From Alphaproteobacteria bacterium (GTDB lineage Bacteria; Pseudomonadota; Alphaproteobacteria; CAAHEQ01; UBA3637): 64,000 nucleotides of DNA. Under the pieces are notes generated by a model that was given only the letters and a program-made list of their open reading frames with translations, made no database searches and was not told the origin of the DNA. Both the position numbers and the translations under genes were made by a program. Below are positions 58,429 through 64,000 of this stretch, piece after piece. The DNA is taken from NCBI GenBank assembly GCA_045118155.1, contig JBGUXS010000078.1:443-64442 (forward strand), read 5' to 3'. The number at the start of each line of letters is the position of its first letter. Within the stretch, counting starts at the first letter, position 1.

Positions 58429-61400
58429 ATGATATCCCCCCCGTTTATTCATCTGCACGTTCATACCGCATATTCTTTGTTAGAAGGGGCCATCAAAGTA
58501 GAACATCTTGTTGAAAAAACCGTCCAAGATGGTTTGCCGGCTGTTGCGATGACGGACAAGGGCAATGTCTTTGGGGCGATGGCTCTGGCTCACAGTGCAA
58601 CCGATAGCGGGATTCAACCTATTTTGGGATGTGAATTACTCATTCGTTTAGACGACCCTACCCGTAAATTTGGAGAACCTCAATTTAAAAAACTTGTTGT
58701 GCTAGTCAAAAATGAAGAAGGCTATACCAGTATTCGCCATTTATTCAGAACCTATTACATGGGTCCTGGAAAAGAAGAAGTTCCCCATTTGACTCTAGAT
58801 GAATTTATATCTCAACCCCAGGGGCTTATCGTGCTTACTGGGGGACCGGATGGATTAATAAACACCTGCTTACTCAATAAATGGGATGAACAAGCTAAAT
58901 CTATCTTAAAAACACTTCAAAATGCTTTTCCTAACCGTCTTTATATTGAATTGCAACGTCATGGGACCGAAGAAGAAATTAAAACTGAACCCTTGCTTTT
59001 ACAATTAGCCCTAGATTTTAATTTACCGATTGTGGCAACAAATGAGCCTTTTTTTGAAGATGCGGCTATGTATGAAGCCCATGATGCTTACTTATGTATC
59101 GCCGATAAAACTTATGTTGTTGAACAAAACAGACGACGGGTAACTCCTGAACATTACTTAAAAACCGCCACCCAAATGACAGAACTTTTTTCGGATTTAC
59201 CAGAGGCATTAGAAAATACCGTTAAAATTGCTCAGCAATGTTATTTCATGGCAACAAAAAAGAAACCCGCCTTCCCAATTTTTGATTGTGGGGAATACAC
59301 CGAAGATGATTTATTAGATAAAAATGCCCACGAAGGGTTAAAATTACGGGTAGGGCACTTACCCCCTGAAGAACAAAAAGTTTATTTTGATCGCTTAGAA
59401 TATGAATTAGGCATTATTAAAAAAATGGGCTTTTCTGGTTATTTTTTAATCGTGGCTGATTTTATTAACTGGTCAAAGAACAATGGTGTTCCCGTAGGAC
59501 CAGGACGGGGATCTGGGGCTGGATCCGTTGTGGCATGGTCCATTAAAATTACAGGAATCAACCCTTTAAGATTTCATCTGCTATTTGAACGTTTTTTAAA
59601 CCCAGAACGGGTTTCTATGCCCGATTTTGATGTTGATTTTTGTCAGGAAAACCGTGAAAAAACAATTGAATACGTACAGAAAAAATACGGTTTTGATCAT
59701 GTGGCTCAGATCATCACTTTTGGTAAATTACAGGCCAAAGCCGTCATTCGTGATGTCGGCCGCGTTTTACAAGTTCCGCATCCCGTTGTGGATAGATTAG
59801 CTAAATTGGTTCCCAACACATTAAACATTACCTTAAAAGAAGCGTTAGAAGTAGAACCAGAATTGCAAAAGCAAGCTGACGCTGATGAAATGATTGCGCA
59901 TTTACTAAAGATTGCTTTGCAATTAGAAGGGCTTTATCGTAACACATCCACACATGCAGCTGGGGTTGTGATTGGGGATAAACCTTTGGAAGAAATTATC
60001 CCTATTTATAAGGACCCAAGTTCCGATATGCCCGTTACTCAGTATAATATGAAATACGTTGAAGATGCTAGCCTTATTAAATTTGACTTCTTAGGATTAA
60101 AAACACTGACAACTATTGCAAAAACAATGGGATTACTGGGGGACAAAGGCAATTTTAATATTCAAGACCTTCCCTTAGACGACCCCGAAACCTATAAATT
60201 ATTCAAGGCCGCTACAACGGTTGGTGTTTTCCAGTTAGAATCCGCAGGAATGCGCCAAATTTTACGGGATATGCAACCTGATACGATTGAAGATATTATT
60301 GCCCTAATTTCTTTATTCCGACCAGGGCCAATGGACAATATCCCCACCTATATTGCCCGTAAAAAAGGCCTGGAAGAACCTGATTATATGCATCCAATGT
60401 TGGAATCCATTTTAAAAGAAACCTATGGAATTATGGTGTATCAGGAACAAGTCATGCAGATTTCCCAAAAGATGGCTGGATACACTTTGGGGGGGGCCGA
60501 TTTACTACGCCGAGCCATGGGGAAAAAGAAAAAAGAAGAAATGGCAAAGCAACGAGATATTTTTATTGAAGGGGCTAAGAAAAACGGGGTTACCAAAGAA
60601 ACAGCAGAAACCGTTTTTGATAAAATGGCCAAATTTGCAGAATATGGTTTTAACAAATCTCACGCAGCGGCTTATGCCTATATTTCTTATCAAACGGCTT
60701 ATTTGAAAGCCCATTATCCGGCTGAATTCATGGCAGCCACCATGACTTTAGATAAAACAAACACGGATAAATTGGCGGTATTTAAAGCAGATATTACTAA
60801 ATTTGGGGTAGAGGTTGTCTCCCCAGATATTAATTTATCTGAAGTTGATTTTTCTGTGAAAGATGGAAAAATTATCTATGCCCTCTCTGCGATTAAAAAC
60901 GTCGGGGAAGCTGGGATGGCACAAATTGTAGAAGAACGTAAGAAAAATGGTCCTTTTAAATCTTTGCAAGATTTATTTTCTAGGGTAGATGCGTCTGCCT
61001 TCAATCGGCGCTATCTAGAACAAATGATTAAAGCCGGCGTATTTGATTCCTTACATAATAACAGGGCTCAGCTTTTTAACAATATTGATAAAATGTTAGC
61101 CTATGCCACAGGAACAACAGAACAACGCAATTCTAGTCAAATTAGTTTATTCGGGGAACAAACATTAGCGGAATTAAAGCTAGATCCTGCCACCTCATGG
61201 CCTATGTTAGAACAACTAGAGTATGAAAAAGAAGCGTTTGGTTTTTATCTTTCTCATCACCCTTTGGATATGTATGAAGGTGTTTTTGAACGTTTAAGAA
61301 TTGTCCCATCAACCGATATTGAATCAATGGTTCAAAATGTGGGGGCTATCTGCGTTAATGTAGCTGGAATTGTCGCTGGTTTTAGGGAACGTATAAATCA

Positions 61401-61833
61401 AAAAGGGAAAAAATTTGCTTTTGTTTCTTTAGCCGATAAAAGCGGACTATTAGATATTGGTTGTTTCGCAGAAAGTTATGAACTGTACAAAGATTTATTA
61501 AAATCTGGAAAACCCGTTTTACTAACAATAACCGCGGATTACAATAAAGAAGGGAACGCTATTCGTTCTTCTGTTCAAAAGGTAGAATATTTAGAAGATG
61601 CTGTTTCTAAAACACATTCTGTTCTACTTATTCATTTGAATCAATCACAGGCTTTACCGGAAATAAAAAAAGTACTTTCCACTTTGGCACCTGGAAACAA
61701 TGGGGTCTATTTTTTACTAGAAACACCTCTTGCCGATGTAGAAATCGGCCTTAAAGAAAAATACGCCATCCACACGGACACAATTGAAATTTTAAAGCGT
61801 ATTCCCGGGATTTCAGAAATTCAAGCCGTCTAA
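58429..61833 (+). CDS. dnaE: DNA polymerase III subunit alpha
   Basis: PHP domain (HLHVHTAYSLLEGA), polymerase core, OB fold. 1134 aa. Confidence 0.95.
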   Translation: MISPPFIHLHVHTAYSLLEGAIKVEHLVEKTVQDGLPAVAMTDKGNVFGAMALAHSATDSGIQPILGCELLIRLDDPTRKFGEPQFKKLVVLVKNEEGYTSIRHLFRTYYMGPGKEEVPHLTLDEFISQPQGLIVLTGGPDGLINTCLLNKWDEQAKSILKTLQNAFPNRLYIELQRHGTEEEIKTEPLLLQLALDFNLPIVATNEPFFEDAAMYEAHDAYLCIADKTYVVEQNRRRVTPEHYLKTATQMTELFSDLPEALENTVKIAQQCYFMATKKKPAFPIFDCGEYTEDDLLDKNAHEGLKLRVGHLPPEEQKVYFDRLEYELGIIKKMGFSGYFLIVADFINWSKNNGVPVGPGRGSGAGSVVAWSIKITGINPLRFHLLFERFLNPERVSMPDFDVDFCQENREKTIEYVQKKYGFDHVAQIITFGKLQAKAVIRDVGRVLQVPHPVVDRLAKLVPNTLNITLKEALEVEPELQKQADADEMIAHLLKIALQLEGLYRNTSTHAAGVVIGDKPLEEIIPIYKDPSSDMPVTQYNMKYVEDASLIKFDFLGLKTLTTIAKTMGLLGDKGNFNIQDLPLDDPETYKLFKAATTVGVFQLESAGMRQILRDMQPDTIEDIIALISLFRPGPMDNIPTYIARKKGLEEPDYMHPMLESILKETYGIMVYQEQVMQISQKMAGYTLGGADLLRRAMGKKKKEEMAKQRDIFIEGAKKNGVTKETAETVFDKMAKFAEYGFNKSHAAAYAYISYQTAYLKAHYPAEFMAATMTLDKTNTDKLAVFKADITKFGVEVVSPDINLSEVDFSVKDGKIIYALSAIKNVGEAGMAQIVEERKKNGPFKSLQDLFSRVDASAFNRRYLEQMIKAGVFDSLHNNRAQLFNNIDKMLAYATGTTEQRNSSQISLFGEQTLAELKLDPATSWPMLEQLEYEKEAFGFYLSHHPLDMYEGVFERLRIVPSTDIESMVQNVGAICVNVAGIVAGFRERINQKGKKFAFVSLADKSGLLDIGCFAESYELYKDLLKSGKPVLLTITADYNKEGNAIRSSVQKVEYLEDAVSKTHSVLLIHLNQSQALPEIKKVLSTLAPGNNGVYFLLETPLADVEIGLKEKYAIHTDTIEILKRIPGISEIQAV

Positions 61834-62048
61834 AATTTTTCAATATCTTCCGGCAAAATTGACATATTCCAATCATAGGAAATTTCCCCTTCGTCGTCAT
61901 TTTTATAAATGACCCCTAGGAATTCTTTTCCTACAAACACCTCACTGGGGGAATCTTTTCCTTCTCCTTCTGTAACACGAATTTCAGGATTCCAAAACAG
62001 TTGTTGCAAATACGTTTGGACTTTTTCCATTTCTTGTGCAGTCATCAT
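61830..62048 (-). CDS. DUF3126-family small protein
   Basis: MTAQEMEKVQTYLQQLF.NP.IRV...EVFVGKEFLGVIYKNDDEGEISYDWNMSI. The track start is over-extended. Confidence 0.55.
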   Translation of the reverse strand: MMTAQEMEKVQTYLQQLFWNPEIRVTEGEGKDSPSEVFVGKEFLGVIYKNDDEGEISYDWNMSILPEDIEKF

Positions 62049-62093
62049 GTTTTTTTCCTTTCTATTTAAGGGCATTTGTATCATAATAGAAGA

Positions 62094-63050
62094 ATGATAA
62101 AAAAGCAAGTTTTTCGTGATAAAAATCCAAATCTAATTTCCATTGCTCCAATGTTAGATTATACGGATACTTTTTTCCGCCTTTTTTTTAGGCATATTTG
62201 TGTTCATGCTATGCTTTATACAGAAATGCTTCCCATCGGGGCGGTTTTACATCAACCACAAACTTTTTTAAAAGCCCAACGCACCCCTGGCCCATTAACG
62301 GCACAACTAGGGGGAAATAATCCGGGGGAACTTGCAGAATGTGCCTACCGGCTAGAACAAGCGGGTTTTGATGGGGTCAATTTAAATGCAGGTTGTCCAT
62401 CTGAACGGGTACAAGCAGGGTCTTTTGGGGCATCGTTAATGAAAACCCCAGAAGTTATTGCTGATTGTTATCAAGCCATGGCGTCCAAAGTTAAGATCCC
62501 TGTATCTATTAAAACCCGTCTAGGATTCGTTGGGGAAGATTTAGCAGAAAAAACCCAAAATCTAACCAAAATTTTATATCAGGCAGGGTGTCGACACCTG
62601 ATTTTTCACGCTAGACCCGCCGCTTTAAACAAATCCCCGAAAGAAAATCGGCAAAATTTACCCTTGCATTATGAAATTGTGTATAAAATCAAGGCAAAAT
62701 ATCCAGATTTATCTATCACGTTAAACGGCTCTATTTTATCAGACGAGGCCATTCATACTCATTTACAGCATGTGGACGGCGTTATGATTGGCCGGTGGGC
62801 TTATGGGAATCCATATGCTTTAACAAGAATAGATAAGGATTATTTTGGGGATGATCATCCCATTTTAAAACGAACAGAAATTTTAGAAAAAATGATACCT
62901 ATTCTTGAAAAAGCCCCTGCTTTTTTAGAAGCCGCCAAAAGTATGATGGGATTGTTTCACGGGACACCATATGCAAAAAAATACAAAAATGTTCTCATGG
63001 CACGGGATTTAGGCCTTTTAAAAGAATGGCTTACCACCATAAAAGAATGA
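62094..63050 (+). CDS. dusA: tRNA-dihydrouridine synthase A
   Basis: IAPMLDYTDTFFR...NLNAGCPS...K..R.G TIM-barrel Dus motifs. Confidence 0.85.
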   Translation: MIKKQVFRDKNPNLISIAPMLDYTDTFFRLFFRHICVHAMLYTEMLPIGAVLHQPQTFLKAQRTPGPLTAQLGGNNPGELAECAYRLEQAGFDGVNLNAGCPSERVQAGSFGASLMKTPEVIADCYQAMASKVKIPVSIKTRLGFVGEDLAEKTQNLTKILYQAGCRHLIFHARPAALNKSPKENRQNLPLHYEIVYKIKAKYPDLSITLNGSILSDEAIHTHLQHVDGVMIGRWAYGNPYALTRIDKDYFGDDHPILKRTEILEKMIPILEKAPAFLEAAKSMMGLFHGTPYAKKYKNVLMARDLGLLKEWLTTIKE

Positions 63051-63159
63051 AACATCAACTTTCCGCGATTATAGGAAAAATATTGCGCAAAAAGGGGATA
63101 TCCTCGCATAAATCATCGCTCACCCTATCCATAAAAAATGCCCTATTTTGGGGCTTTTC

Positions 63160-63340
63160 TAAGCTAAAGGTGGCTGGATTAGGGATCAACGAATGACGGA
63201 ACGGATAGTTGGTGAGAACAAGCTGCTAAGCACAGTTTGAACCTTACGACGTGAGGAGGACCCGTTTACGGGAGTACCCAACCGAATCCGTCCACTTACC
63301 ACTTAGCAACACCCCAATATGCGGTCTTCGTATAACACAA
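63160..63340. ncRNA. candidate structured RNA in a locally GC-rich part of the 390-bp dusA-ORF63443 spacer; class and strand unresolved
   Basis: Local base composition differs from all other intergenic DNA in the window. Nested complementarity: gacggaacgg...ccgaatccgtcc, cccgtttacggg hairpin, gctaag...cttagc. No ORF. Confidence 0.3.
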
Positions 63341-63388
63341 ATTTTATAAATCACAAGAAAAATATAAGAAGAATAGGCCATATTGCAC

Positions 63389-63416
63389 TTGACTTTTTAA
63401 AATGAAAATATACTCT
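63389..63416 (+). promoter_or_regulatory. possible promoter of ORF 63443: TTGACT (63389-63394), 14-16 nt, TATACT
   Basis: gcacTTGACTttttaaaatgaaaaTATACTct. The spacer is suboptimal. Confidence 0.35.
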
Positions 63417-63442
63417 GTTATCAAAGAACAAAGGACATTTAT

Positions 63443-63808
63443 ATGTCACAGGAACGCATACCCAAAGACAAGGTAGAAATTATTACCTTAAGGCGTTTCT
63501 CTCACAGATTATTTTGCTTACCTTACACCGAAAAACAAAAAATAAAAGAACAAGTTTTACACATGTCTTCGGCACTTAAACTGGCTCTACTCGCTAAAAA
63601 CTGTTTAACCTTAGAAAAAAATCTTAACCCCTTAGAAAGCTATACCATCACTCCAGAACAATTTAAAAAAAATTTTTATACGCCGGCGCGTCTACTGTTT
63701 GATCACCCTGAATATCAGGCCCTTTTTATTTCTTTTCTTTTTACAGATCATTTGGTCACTAAACAAAAAGCATTTCCTAAAAAAGAAAAACTGCTTTCTG
63801 CTTGCTAA
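63443..63808 (+). CDS. hypothetical protein, 121 aa
   Basis: Open frame with an upstream promoter-like element. No motifs. Confidence 0.45.
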   Translation: MSQERIPKDKVEIITLRRFSHRLFCLPYTEKQKIKEQVLHMSSALKLALLAKNCLTLEKNLNPLESYTITPEQFKKNFYTPARLLFDHPEYQALFISFLFTDHLVTKQKAFPKKEKLLSAC

Positions 63809-63849
63809 ATAACAAAAATATTTTATTTTATAGTTAGGAGGATTTTTCT

Positions 63850-64000
63850 ATGATACAAATGCAACCACTTTCTTTTGAATTAAACGATTTGGAACCGATT
63901 ATTAGTGCCAAAACAATTGATTTTCATTACAATAAGCATTATGCCACCTATGTACAAACAGCGAATGATTTGTGTGCCAAGACACCCCTTGCTGACTTAC
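63850..64000 (+). CDS. sodB: Fe/Mn superoxide dismutase, N-terminal fragment (runs off the window)
   Basis: Strong RBS TAGGAGGA. LSFELNDLEPIISAKTIDFHYNKHYATYV resembles the SOD N-terminal helix (LPYA.DALEP.IS..T.E.HH.KHH..YV). Confidence 0.7.
   Translation, partial: MIQMQPLSFELNDLEPIISAKTIDFHYNKHYATYVQTANDLCAKTPLADL

Noticed and set aside
63160-63340. Assigning the GC-rich spacer to SRP RNA, RNase P RNA or tmRNA
   Set aside because: I could not find the SRP domain IV motif, the RNase P P4 strands (GAAAGUCCGG / CCGGCUUA), a T-arm GTTCRANNC with pairing stem, or an ...ALAA* tag frame. It is kept only as an unclassified candidate.
63850-64000. Apparent His-to-Tyr change in the SOD N-terminal helix (FHYNKHYATYV versus HH.KHH)
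   Set aside because: The first His (the metal ligand position) is present, and known FeSODs already read HYGKHH. Only 50 residues are visible, which is too little to call an inactive SOD.

Overview
AT-rich, gene-dense bacterial chromosome segment. Gene content and order look alphaproteobacterial, of the Rickettsiales/Holosporales kind: cdsA-rseP-bamA-skp-lpxD-fabZ-lpxA, mreBCD-mrdA-rodA, gatCAB, truB-rpsO-pnp, rplM-rpsI, an RND efflux operon, rne, dnaE and scattered type IV secretion genes. Most of the window is housekeeping with many 1-4 nt start/stop overlaps. The ORF track counts TTG/GTG starts as M, so several N-termini are over-extended; the likely true starts are noted per feature. One tRNA-Ser(GGA) and one short ribosomal gene missing from the track (rpmG/L33) were found by eye. 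Six things stand out. (1) A tightly coupled four-gene operon (2199-6524): a membrane-anchored acidic protein, a VirD4/TraG-family type IV coupling protein, a 180-aa unknown and a SUKH/Smi1-like (immunity-type) protein. It lies 47 kb from an isolated virB3-virB4 pair, and I read it as a possibly undescribed coupling-protein/effector-immunity module. (2) A 603-aa protein with a prepilin (class III) N-terminus plus an outer-membrane beta-barrel protein, inserted between rbfA and rplM-rpsI and driven by a perfect consensus sigma70 promoter. (3) A class III (anaerobic) ribonucleotide reductase whose glycyl-radical domain is a separate 62-aa ORF, with no nrdG in the window. (4) A signalling locus: two tandem degenerate EAL-like proteins lying divergent to a fused RsbW-like kinase/receiver/PP2C phosphatase protein. 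(5) A recurring promoter architecture (A-tract-cTTGACTttta-17nt-TATAAT) in front of at least four minus-strand operons. (6) An unusually GC-rich 390-bp intergenic stretch that may encode a structured RNA. No CRISPR array, IS element or transposase was seen.
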